DNA of 64,000 bases, taken from assembly GCA_965200315.1 (NCBI GenBank), contig OZ241362.1:2720001-2784000 (forward strand), read 5' to 3'. The notes beneath the pieces are model-generated. The model ran no database searches, was not told the origin of the DNA, and worked only from the letters and a program-made list of their open reading frames with translations. Made by a program: the position numbers and the translations under genes. Shown here piece by piece: positions 10,793-18,960 of this stretch. Numbering within the stretch: position 1 is the first letter of the stretch; each line of letters opens with the position of its first letter. Source of the DNA: Candidatus Latescibacterota bacterium (lineage in GTDB: Bacteria > Latescibacterota > UBA2968 > UBA8231).

Positions 10793-11079
10793 CGCAGGCC
10801 GGCTATCACCGGCTCCATTGGGAGGGTCGCGACGACGCAGATCGTCCCAGCGGTGCTTACCTATAAGGCTAGTGGCGGACGAGGTCGTCTTGACGCGCAG
10901 CTCACCCTGCTGCGGTAGCTTGACAAGTTCTAAAATCTAGAGGAACTGTTAGGAGAATAACTGAGGTTACGCATTTGGCCGAAGAGTGGTCAGTGGTTAG
11001 AGGCTGGAAGTAAGCCCCGGCCACATTCCCGTTTTTCTCGTCGCACGGCAGGGGAATGTAGCGACACACGGAAAGCGCA

Positions 11080-11376
11080 CTATGTATCGAGCACTTGCCG
11101 AAAGGCTTCAAGGCTAGATGCTTGGAGCGCCGCACGAAGCAACTGCTTGAGACGCGACAAATCGTCGAGAGCGGCTATGCGATTCGCTAGAGGGTGCGCC
11201 GCGCTCAGACCAAAGCGAATCTCCAAGACTTTGAAAATAGCTTCGAGCGTACCTTTTCTTTCGCCTTGCTCTATGCCTCGCTCCAGGCCTTGCTCCAGGC
11301 CTTGCTCCAGGCCTTGCTCCAAGCCTTGCTCTATGATGTATTGGGCAAACGATGACTCGCGCATAATCGCGTCCAT
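11080..11376 (-). CDS. Putative intragenic small protein (RpnS-like antitoxin), in frame with Rpn
   Basis: Strong SD AAGGAGGG 4 nt before an in-frame ATG at 11376 (a second ATG lies 12 nt downstream), giving 98 aa MDAIMRESSFAQYII... Confidence 0.65.
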   Translation of the reverse strand: MDAIMRESSFAQYIIEQGLEQGLEQGLEQGLERGIEQGERKGTLEAIFKVLEIRFGLSAAHPLANRIAALDDLSRLKQLLRAALQASSLEAFRQVLDT

Positions 11377-12015
11377 GAGACCCTCCTTGGATAGAATACC
11401 ACTAATGGTGGCCGCCCCATACTCTAACCCACTCAAGATAGCCAAGCCCCCCAAAAGGTCAACCTTAGCCGCCTCGGCCAACGACACCGCCTCGGTCGCC
11501 TGAATGCACCGACGCAACCACTCTTCCGCACTTAATCCGGCCGGCCGCTTCATCAACGGCGCAAATGGCAGCAAGCCCGCACCGGCACCGGCCAGTATGA
11601 CCTGCCCGTCGAGCTCACTCAAGCGAATCACTCGGTACTCTATGACCACCCGGTGGCCGGGCATGGCCTGCATGTAGTGTCCAGGATCGCGCCGACCTGC
11701 CGTGCGCCGCAGGTAGATCACACTCGAATAAATCGGCCGGCCGTACTGCTCAAGCATCCGACCGATATAGCTCACCATGCGCAACGGCATCGGCGGATGA
11801 GTGCTATCCGTGGTCTGAAATTCGTGATGCACCAACGCCTCTTCGCCCCCGATTCGGACGCTGATGAGGCTATCGGTCTGACGGGCTTCGACCGTGGTGT
11901 GCTCAGTATCGAGTAGGTCGACGACTTCGACGTCGTCGCGAGCGAGCGTCAAGCGGATGAAGTCGCGGGGATAGGTCTGGATCAGATGTTTGGAAATAGT
12001 GTCGTATTCGGCCAT
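11080..12015 (-). CDS. Rpn family recombination-promoting nuclease/putative transposase (PD-(D/E)xK)
   Basis: YDTISKHLI, RQTDSL, HHEFQT and MPLRMVSY motifs. C-terminal (EQGL)n repeats and a DUF4351-like tail. Confidence 0.85.
   Translation of the reverse strand: MAEYDTISKHLIQTYPRDFIRLTLARDDVEVVDLLDTEHTTVEARQTDSLISVRIGGEEALVHHEFQTTDSTHPPMPLRMVSYIGRMLEQYGRPIYSSVIYLRRTAGRRDPGHYMQAMPGHRVVIEYRVIRLSELDGQVILAGAGAGLLPFAPLMKRPAGLSAEEWLRRCIQATEAVSLAEAAKVDLLGGLAILSGLEYGAATISGILSKEGLMDAIMRESSFAQYIIEQGLEQGLEQGLEQGLERGIEQGERKGTLEAIFKVLEIRFGLSAAHPLANRIAALDDLSRLKQLLRAALQASSLEAFRQVLDT
11263..11334. repeat. 12-bp tandem repeat encoding EQGL units
   Basis: About six units of GCCTTGCTCCAG-like sequence. Confidence 0.85.
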
Positions 12016-12444
12016 GGCAGGCCATTAGGAGTTACGAGTCGAGAATGGGGAATTAGCACTTGCCCAGCCATCCAAACCGAAGGGATGGCTGGGCCATTCG
12101 TAATTCCTAATGGCAATATCCATGCCAAGGCTGAAGAGTAGAGGGGCGGACCCAGGCCGCGCTAGGTGAGACTGTATCGGGAGCGACACATGGATGAGGC
12201 ATTAGGGATCAGACTGACCCGGAAGTCAAAAAAATGCGAGCGTCGCCAAAGCGACCTCCGTTTTATGGCCCTATATGCGGCCTGTCGCCTAGAGGGCCTG
12301 CGGATCAAACATCGACTCAATCCTTGAAAGCAAACTGCGGGTAGGCCCTCGAAAAGGAGATGATCCGATAACGCCAAGGCCACGGGCCCGCTCACACCAA
12401 GCAAGCCAATGGGGGGTTTCAGACCGCTTCTAAGGGGTCAGGCG

Positions 12445-12657
12445 AGTCCGGGCTGATTTAATGCTCGACCTGAAAAAGTACAGCGAAACTAGGGGGTGGA
12501 CCCAACGTCAAGCCGCGGCATTTTTTGGCGAGTCCCAACCACTCATTAGCAATTTAATGCAGGGGAGATTAGTCGTTTTAGTGTGGATAAACTGATTGAC
12601 ATGCTGACGCGAGCGGGGGTGCAAGTCGAAATTTACGTCAAGCCAAAAGCCTCTTAG
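12445..12657 (+). pseudogene. XRE-family HTH antitoxin, 3' part (frameshifted)
   Basis: VRADLMLDLKKY..RGWTQRQAAAFFGESQPLISNLMQG / ISRFSVDKLIDMLTRAGVQVEIYVKPKAS*. The first ~70 bp repeat 10722-10792. Confidence 0.65.
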
Positions 12658-12699
12658 GCAAAAGTTCAGAACAGGTTCTACGGGGTGGCGCACCCAAAC

Positions 12700-13470
12700 T
12701 CAGGCGAGGAGGGCTTCGACGTATTGGCGCGCGGCAATAGCCGCCGACAGCGGCTCGTTCCAATCGACCTCCTCAAGCTCGACGACGAGGGGGCCGTCGT
12801 AACCGCTATCCACTAACAGTTTGAATAATTCCGCAAAAGGCAATTCGCCCTCCCCGAAGGGCACGGGCTTTTCGCCTTGCTGGTCGCGCAGGTGGACGAG
12901 ACCAATGCGCCCGGCGAGCGCCTCGGCAAAGGGCATGATCGGCTCGCCGACCGACAGCAGATGGCCGGTGTCTAAAAGCACACGCGCCCGCTCGGGCAGT
13001 TCCGGCAGCACCGCTTGGTAGTCGGCTAGTCCTTGGAGGCGGTTGCCTTGGTGGTTGCCCAAGTTGAGGGCGATGTCGGGGATGTTGTCGAGGAGCGCGT
13101 TGACGCCTTCGATGAGGTCGGCGAGCGCCTCGTCTGTGCGGGCACCGCCCTTTGTGTTCAGGGTTTTGATGCCAAGGGCGCGGCCCAAGTGGATGTCCCA
13201 TTCGAGCTGGCGCAGGTTGTAGGCGAGGTTGCGCTCGTCCGAGTCGGCCTTGCGGCCGGTGAGGTTGCGGATGTTGAAGCCAGAAAGCGCTAGACCGGCG
13301 TCCGCAATGGCGGTGCGGACCATGGGCACGGACCAATCGCGGTGAACGGGGGTGCTCTCGGTGTACGCGCGGAAGAGTTCGACGCGGGCGAAGCCGGCTG
13401 CTTTGGCGAGGTCGAGCACCTCGGGCAAGAGCAGGTCTGGGCAGAGGGTCGGGCTGAAGACGAGGTGCAT
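12700..13470 (-). CDS. Sugar phosphate isomerase/epimerase (xylose isomerase-like TIM barrel)
   Basis: LLDTGH, VHLRD, PFGEGELPF and GYDGPLVVE motifs. Confidence 0.85.
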   Translation of the reverse strand: MHLVFSPTLCPDLLLPEVLDLAKAAGFARVELFRAYTESTPVHRDWSVPMVRTAIADAGLALSGFNIRNLTGRKADSDERNLAYNLRQLEWDIHLGRALGIKTLNTKGGARTDEALADLIEGVNALLDNIPDIALNLGNHQGNRLQGLADYQAVLPELPERARVLLDTGHLLSVGEPIMPFAEALAGRIGLVHLRDQQGEKPVPFGEGELPFAELFKLLVDSGYDGPLVVELEEVDWNEPLSAAIAARQYVEALLA

Positions 13471-14222
13471 CAGCTAATCCCCTCCCAATGCGCCCATTGG
13501 TCGGCGCAGGTCTCAAAGCGAATATCGTTGGTGTCTTTGCGCGAGAAGCGGCCGATGAGGGCCATGCGGATGTTGCGATTGACGTTCTTGGAGCCTGTGT
13601 GAAAGAGCTGGCCGTGCCAGAAGATGGCATCGCCGGCTTGGCCGACGAATTCACTTCCTTGGGGGAAGGTTCCCTCGGGAAATACGTCGCTGGAGACGCC
13701 GCCCTGCACCGACAGCAGCGAGTGCGTCTTGAAGTACTCGTACGCCACGTTGTGGCTGCCGGGCCAATAGGTGAAGCAGCCGCCCTGCGAGTCGATGTCC
13801 TCGACGTAGATCGTGACGTTGATGGTCATGTAGCCGACCGTGCCTTCGGGCACACCGTTGGTAGGGGTGTAGTAGCCGTCGAGATGGCCGCGCTCGGGCA
13901 GGGACCAAGTCTTGTCTTTGGCTGGGTACACCAGCGCGGGACCGGCGCTGCCGGGATTGAGCTGGCCTTCGCCAACCATCTCTTCCATCATCGCAAAGAG
14001 CGGCGACTCGTGGACGGCGGCGCGGATGGCCGGGTGATGGGCGGGCACAGGCATGCGCGGCCCGGCTTCGACATAGGTTGCAGGATCGCGGCGGTCGGCG
14101 TCAATGCCGGTCCAGAGGGCATCTTGAGCGGCTTGAATCTGCGCGGACGTGAGTGCGCCGCGGACGATGAGACAGCCGTTTTCCTTAAAGAAATGCTTGT
14201 CGGCGGCGGTGAGATGGGGCAT
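13470..14222 (-). CDS. Phytanoyl-CoA dioxygenase (Fe/2OG) family protein
   Basis: HLD, WPGSH and GDAIFWHGQLFH motifs. Start reassigned to ATG 14222 (RBS GGAAAGG). Confidence 0.8.
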   Translation of the reverse strand: MPHLTAADKHFFKENGCLIVRGALTSAQIQAAQDALWTGIDADRRDPATYVEAGPRMPVPAHHPAIRAAVHESPLFAMMEEMVGEGQLNPGSAGPALVYPAKDKTWSLPERGHLDGYYTPTNGVPEGTVGYMTINVTIYVEDIDSQGGCFTYWPGSHNVAYEYFKTHSLLSVQGGVSSDVFPEGTFPQGSEFVGQAGDAIFWHGQLFHTGSKNVNRNIRMALIGRFSRKDTNDIRFETCADQWAHWEGIS

Positions 14223-14305
14223 GGCAGTACCTTTCCAATTGGGTTGAAAAGGCAAATATAGATCGGCTAAAAGGGGGTGTCCATTTGCCCGCGCCGGTCG
14301 CCTCT

Positions 14306-15175
14306 TCAGACAACGACCGCTTGGTCTAAGGCGCGGATGTAGCCGATAGTCCAAGCTAGCCCGGCGGCGTGGTCGCCGGCGATGGACGGGAAGTGCTCGG
14401 GGTAAATCTGGCCCTTGTAGTCGATCTCTTTGAGGGCGCGGATGGTGCCGACCATATCGACTTCCCCCGCACCGAACGGCACTTCGAGGTAGCCCAAGTC
14501 CGCCAGCCGCTGCTCGATTTCCGGGGTAGAAGTCCCTTGGGGCTTGGTGGCGATGTCGCGCACGTGGACCATAAAAACCTTGTCGCCGAAGTGACGGATG
14601 ACCTCGGGCAGGCTGTCGCCGGCCATTTGCGACTTGCCTTGGCAGAAGGTCAGGCCATGGGCCGGCGAGTCGGTGGCGGCCATTAGGTTCGCAAAGGTCT
14701 CTCTGTTCCAGATCAGGCGGTCGGGCACGTGAAACGTGTGGGTGGAGATCCGCACGCCGGCATCTTCGCCGATTTGGCCGAGCTCTTGGTAGACCTCCAC
14801 CAAGCCCTGCCAGTGCTGCTGCCGCTCGTCCGAGTCGGTGGGGGCCGCGTCAGCGCTGAGGTAGAAATGCACGAAAGGTATTTGCGCGTGCCCCATGTTT
14901 TCGATCAGGCGGCGCATGTACCCCACTTCGCGCGTGCGGGCCGCGCTGTCAACGCAGGCGTCGAGGCTGAGGCGCGGCGGGGTCAGCCCGGCCAGCGCGA
15001 CTTCGGCGCTGGCGTATTGATCGGCTAGTGTCTTGAGCGCGTCGGCCGCGGGTGCGTCGTCTGAAGAGAGTTGGCCAGTGTTCAAGACGATGTGCCCAGC
15101 GCCGGCGTCGCGACAATAGGCGATGTTGCGATCGTGGTCGGCCCCAAAGGGGGCGAAGATGCCGATATCGAACAT
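14306..15175 (-). CDS. TIM-barrel sugar isomerase / mannonate dehydratase-like protein
   Basis: GLTFCQG, VHVRD, GEVDMVGTIRALKEIDYKG, PEH and AWTIGYIRAL resemble the UxuA C-terminus. Confidence 0.7.
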   Translation of the reverse strand: MFDIGIFAPFGADHDRNIAYCRDAGAGHIVLNTGQLSSDDAPAADALKTLADQYASAEVALAGLTPPRLSLDACVDSAARTREVGYMRRLIENMGHAQIPFVHFYLSADAAPTDSDERQQHWQGLVEVYQELGQIGEDAGVRISTHTFHVPDRLIWNRETFANLMAATDSPAHGLTFCQGKSQMAGDSLPEVIRHFGDKVFMVHVRDIATKPQGTSTPEIEQRLADLGYLEVPFGAGEVDMVGTIRALKEIDYKGQIYPEHFPSIAGDHAAGLAWTIGYIRALDQAVVV

Positions 15176-15206
15176 GAGTTCCTCCTCAGCGTAGCGTACA
15201 TAAAAA

Positions 15207-15281
15207 TGGTGCTCCCACGGAGACTCGAACTCCGGTTACAGGGTTGAAAACCCTGGGTCCTAACCGCTAGACGATGGGAGC
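15207..15281 (-). tRNA. tRNA-Glu(TTC)
   Basis: GCTCCCATCGTCTAGCGGTTAGGACCCAGGGTTTTCAACCCTGTAACCGGAGTTCGAGTCTCCGTGGGAGCACCA folds as a cloverleaf with anticodon TTC, a T-loop GTTCGA and an encoded CCA. Confidence 0.96.
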
Positions 15282-15294
15282 ACGTAGGGCAAAA

Positions 15295-15323
15295 AATATA
15301 TACCCAGCCCCGTATATTGGCAA
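15295..15323 (-). promoter_or_regulatory. Sigma70-type promoter of tRNA-Glu
   Basis: TTGCCA-17 nt-TATATT just upstream of the tRNA. Confidence 0.6.
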
Positions 15324-15347
15324 GCCGTCTCGTCGCACCTTGCCTTG

Positions 15348-16748
15348 CTAGGCGAAGGCGTCGAGGGCGGGCGTGGGGACGTTGTGGTCGGTGGCTTGCT
15401 CAAAGGCGCGGGCGAGGCGCAACAGCCGCGCCTCGTCGCGGGGGTGGCCGATGAGCTGCAAGCCGATGGGCAGGCCATCATGCGTGAACCCGCAGGGCAG
15501 GGAGACGGCGCACAGGTCGAGAAGATTGACGGCAATGGTGTTGCGCAGGCAGAGGCCATTGATGGGGAAATAGACGTCGGCGCGGTCAATCTCGTCGAGA
15601 ATGGGGGCGGCAAAAGGGGCGGTTGGGGTGATGAGAAAATCGACGTTTTCGAGGGCCGTGCGGGCTTTGCGGCGGAGCTCGTCGCGTACCCTAAGCTGGC
15701 TGAGAAAGTCTGCGGCGAGGACGTCGCGGCCGTCGAGAATGCGCGCCGAGACAATGGGGTCGAACTGATCGAGATGCGCTTCGAGGTTGCGCCGATGATA
15801 GAGATAGGCTTCGACGGCCGTGGTGCTAGGCCCGCTGCGCCATTCGACTAGATCGTCGAGCACCTCGAGCGATATTTCATCGACGTACACGCCGAGGTCG
15901 GCGAAAACGCTCGCCGAGGTGCGCACCGCTGCTTCGACCTCGGCATCTACATCGTCCCAGAAATACTCGTGCGGAAAGCACAGCCGGAGGCCGGCGACCT
16001 CGCCTTCCAAGTGATCCACAAGCGAATCACCGGGCAGAGGGTCCGCCATGGCTTGGCACAACAGGGCGCAGTCTTGCGCCGTGCGGCACAAAGGCCCGAT
16101 GCTGTCGAGGGTGGGGTCGAGAGGCAAGACGCCGGTGTTGGGGAGCAGGCCAAAGGTGGGCTTGAGGCCGGTGAGGCCGCAAAAGGCCGCGGGAATCCGC
16201 ACCGAGCCGCCGGTATCCGAGCCGAGGGCGGCCGGTGCCAACCCAGCCGCCACCGCCACGCCCGAGCCAGAGGACGACCCGCCCGGCAGGCGATGGACTT
16301 CGAGATCCCAGGGGTTGACCGGGGTTCCGTAGTGATGGTTGACGCCGGTGCCGCCAAAAGCGAATTCCACGAGCTGCGTCTTGCCCAAGAGCACGGCACC
16401 CGCGGCAAAGAGGCGGCGGGCAATTGTGGCGTCGGCTGCGGCGATGTTGTCGCTCAGCAGGGTCGAGCCGCCGGTGGTCGGCAGGCCTGCGACATCCACG
16501 AGATCCTTAAAGGCGAGGGGAATGCCGTGCAAGGGGCCGAGGTAGGCACCGGCCGCGATTTGCGCTTCGGCCGCACGGGCTTGGGCGCGCGCCCGCTCGG
16601 ACGTGACGGCGAGATAGGCGTTGAGCACCGGATCGTATCGCTCGATGCGCTCTAGATAAAACTCGGTGAGTTCGAGCGGGGAAAGTTCGCCGCGGCGGAT
16701 CAGGGTAGCGAGTTCGGCGATGGGGGCAAACGCTAGGGTGTCATCCAT
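15348..16748 (-). CDS. Amidase signature family protein (GatA/AtzE-like)
   Basis: GIPLAFKD, PGGSSSGSG and GSDTGGSVRIPAAFCG motifs. Start reassigned to ATG 16748. Confidence 0.9.
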   Translation of the reverse strand: MDDTLAFAPIAELATLIRRGELSPLELTEFYLERIERYDPVLNAYLAVTSERARAQARAAEAQIAAGAYLGPLHGIPLAFKDLVDVAGLPTTGGSTLLSDNIAAADATIARRLFAAGAVLLGKTQLVEFAFGGTGVNHHYGTPVNPWDLEVHRLPGGSSSGSGVAVAAGLAPAALGSDTGGSVRIPAAFCGLTGLKPTFGLLPNTGVLPLDPTLDSIGPLCRTAQDCALLCQAMADPLPGDSLVDHLEGEVAGLRLCFPHEYFWDDVDAEVEAAVRTSASVFADLGVYVDEISLEVLDDLVEWRSGPSTTAVEAYLYHRRNLEAHLDQFDPIVSARILDGRDVLAADFLSQLRVRDELRRKARTALENVDFLITPTAPFAAPILDEIDRADVYFPINGLCLRNTIAVNLLDLCAVSLPCGFTHDGLPIGLQLIGHPRDEARLLRLARAFEQATDHNVPTPALDAFA

Positions 16749-16768
16749 GAAGCGGCCTCTGCTCAAGG

Positions 16769-18574
16769 TTAATCCAACAGGGAAAATCCGGTGTAGCCGC
16801 GGCGGTCTTCCGCGCCTTCTACGCCGCCTTGGGGAAAGTATTCTGACCAGCGCCGGCTGACCTTTTGCGCCGTTTCTTCGTCCGTTATCAGCTCGTCCGG
16901 GTAGCCGGGTTTCATGCGGCAATCCAAGACGACCGGCGGCGTATAGCAGGGGTGGTGGCGACGGAGCTGGACGGCAGCGGCATAGGTGTCGGCCGCCGGC
17001 TCAAAGCGGGTAAAGGTACTCCAAAGGAAGGTGACGTTCTTGGCGGCTGCACTAGCGTCGTCAACCAAAAATATCAGCGGCCAAGCTGCGACAGCCCGGT
17101 CTGCGGCGAGGTGTTGGGCGTAGCCCGGATCTTCCGAGTACGTCGGTCCTTGCACCGCGAGAGCACCAGGGCAATAGACCGCGGCGGCGCGGGCCCCGCC
17201 GGGCAGATCGCCGCTTATTTCTCCGGGCAATTCGCCGACCGGATCGCCCACGCCTATAAGAATCCCTTTGCTGCCTTGGTTCACGGCCGGCCCCGTGTAG
17301 TCGAGGGTATCCATGGCGAGGTTGGCAATGACGAAAAGGTCGGTTGCGAGCCGCGTACGCGCTAGGGCATACGCGAGCACCTGCCGGAAGTCGCCCAAGT
17401 CCAAAGGGCGATCTATTACGACCAAGAACTTGGTGAGGTTGAGCTGGCCGCCGTCCTCTCCCAAGATGCGAAAGGCAAACTTCATGGCCTCGCGTGGATA
17501 GCGCTCCTCGACGACGATGGCCGCCAGGGAGTGATAGCCGGTCTCGCCGTAGCTCCACATGGCCTTGATCGCGGGCATTACCAGCTTGCTCAAGGGCGTC
17601 ATGAGTTGCTGGATGTAGGTGCCGAGGAACATGTCCTCCTGCGGCGGCTTGCCTACTACGGTGGCCGGGAAGATGGCGTCTTTGCGGTGGTAGAGGCGCT
17701 TGGCTTGGAGCACTGGGTAGTCGTGTTGCAGCGAGTAATAGCCGTAGTGATCGCCGAAAGGCCCTTCGGGCTTGCGCACGTGCGGCGGCACCACGCCCTC
17801 AATGGCGAATTCAGCTTCGGCGATCAGGGGCAGGCTAGTGCCCTGTACGCGACGCAGGCGCTCGCCCTGCAGCAGGGAAGCCAAGATTAGCTCGGGCAAG
17901 TCCTCGGGCAAAGGCGCGATCGCTGCGAGGATCAGTGCCGGCGGCCCGCCGACGAAGATGACCAGCGGCAGGTCTGCGCCCCGTTGCTCGGCGACGTGAT
18001 AGTGAAAGCCGCCGCCTTTTTGGATTTGCCAGTGTACGCCGAGGGTCTGGGCATCGTGGCGCTGGATGCGGTACATGCCGAGGTTGTGATGGCCGGTGTC
18101 GGGGTGTTCGGTATAGACTAGCGGCAAGGTGATGAAGTGCCCGCCATCCTCGGGCCAGGTTTTGAGCAGGGGCAGGTGCGCAAGGTTGGGCGGCGACTGT
18201 ACACACTCGCCGACGGGACCTTTGCCGACGGTCTTCAACCCGACCTTAAGCGCGGCCGGGATCAGGTTTTTGTGCGGCCAGAGCTTGCCCGGCGAGAGCG
18301 AAGGCAGGTCTTGGGCGAGTTGCACGAGCTGTTGGATAAACTGCTCCGGCCTAGGGCCAAAGGCCAGCTCGACGCGGCGGGCCGTGCCAAAGAGATTGGT
18401 GACGCAAGGAAAGTCTGCGCCTTCGACGTGGGTAAAGAGCAGGGCCGGACCAGCGGCCGCAAGGACGCGGCGGTGGATCTCGGCGATTTCGAGATCAGAG
18501 GAAACCGGAGCGTCCACAGTGACGAGCTCGCCTTCGCGGCGCAGGAGGTCGAGGAATTGGCGCAGGTTGTGCAT
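16769..18574 (-). CDS. UbiD family (prFMN-dependent) decarboxylase
   Basis: NLGMYRIQ, EGPFGDHYGYY and TVVGKPPQED motifs. Confidence 0.9.
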   Translation of the reverse strand: MHNLRQFLDLLRREGELVTVDAPVSSDLEIAEIHRRVLAAAGPALLFTHVEGADFPCVTNLFGTARRVELAFGPRPEQFIQQLVQLAQDLPSLSPGKLWPHKNLIPAALKVGLKTVGKGPVGECVQSPPNLAHLPLLKTWPEDGGHFITLPLVYTEHPDTGHHNLGMYRIQRHDAQTLGVHWQIQKGGGFHYHVAEQRGADLPLVIFVGGPPALILAAIAPLPEDLPELILASLLQGERLRRVQGTSLPLIAEAEFAIEGVVPPHVRKPEGPFGDHYGYYSLQHDYPVLQAKRLYHRKDAIFPATVVGKPPQEDMFLGTYIQQLMTPLSKLVMPAIKAMWSYGETGYHSLAAIVVEERYPREAMKFAFRILGEDGGQLNLTKFLVVIDRPLDLGDFRQVLAYALARTRLATDLFVIANLAMDTLDYTGPAVNQGSKGILIGVGDPVGELPGEISGDLPGGARAAAVYCPGALAVQGPTYSEDPGYAQHLAADRAVAAWPLIFLVDDASAAAKNVTFLWSTFTRFEPAADTYAAAVQLRRHHPCYTPPVVLDCRMKPGYPDELITDEETAQKVSRRWSEYFPQGGVEGAEDRRGYTGFSLLD

Positions 18575-18960
18575 GGGCGGCCGTCGAGTGGTTGTTGATG
18601 ATTCTGAAATATATTAAACTCTACCCGCCCAACCAGCACCCCATTTTTGCTTTGCCTCCTCCCATGTCCAGACGAACCTGATAAGGAGGAGACCGTTCTA
18701 GGGAGCGCACGAGATACTCACTCGGACCTATTTTATCTGGGCGGAGTCTGAAAAATTACAAGGTCGAGACGACTCCGCACGGGACCTGTTGCACGATGCG
18801 CTCGCACTGGAAGCGGCCGACCCACGTCTCTATGTCGCCGTTGGTCACAGATACTACGAACTACAAAATTTTTTGTAAAATCAAGGAATTATGCGATTCA
18901 AGTGCCAAGCTAACAGCTACGCCGCGATAAGATGATTAGGGATGAGACGCTTCGACTCAA

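Larger units (their letters stand above)
9660..10918 (+). pseudogene. Collapsed remnant of a large secreted protein with FlgD-like C-terminus, mixed with toxin-antitoxin fragments
   Basis: Signal peptide (FFALIGLVFSSLAVAQA) interrupted by a MITE. Then HFCLPFDYEQWRR...VRMIYFLPNDRPY, a small antitoxin-like fragment (SIKEVRTMREQLAAQHSYNVRALF) and an XRE fragment. It ends in a frameshifted QAGYHRLHWEGRDD...SGAYL...LTLLR tail. Confidence 0.55.

Noticed and set aside
11263-11334. Short tandem repeats as a possible CRISPR array
   Set aside because: They are 12-bp contiguous coding repeats with no spacers. No cas genes or repeat-spacer array were seen anywhere in the window.
1-18600. Apparently frequent CTAG tetramers in the host DNA
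   Set aside because: A rough by-eye count did not exceed the compositional expectation. It needs a proper k-mer calculation before any claim.
18660-18880. Possible small TPR-like ORF at the island's left border
   Set aside because: Short, interrupted and without a credible start. At most a remnant.
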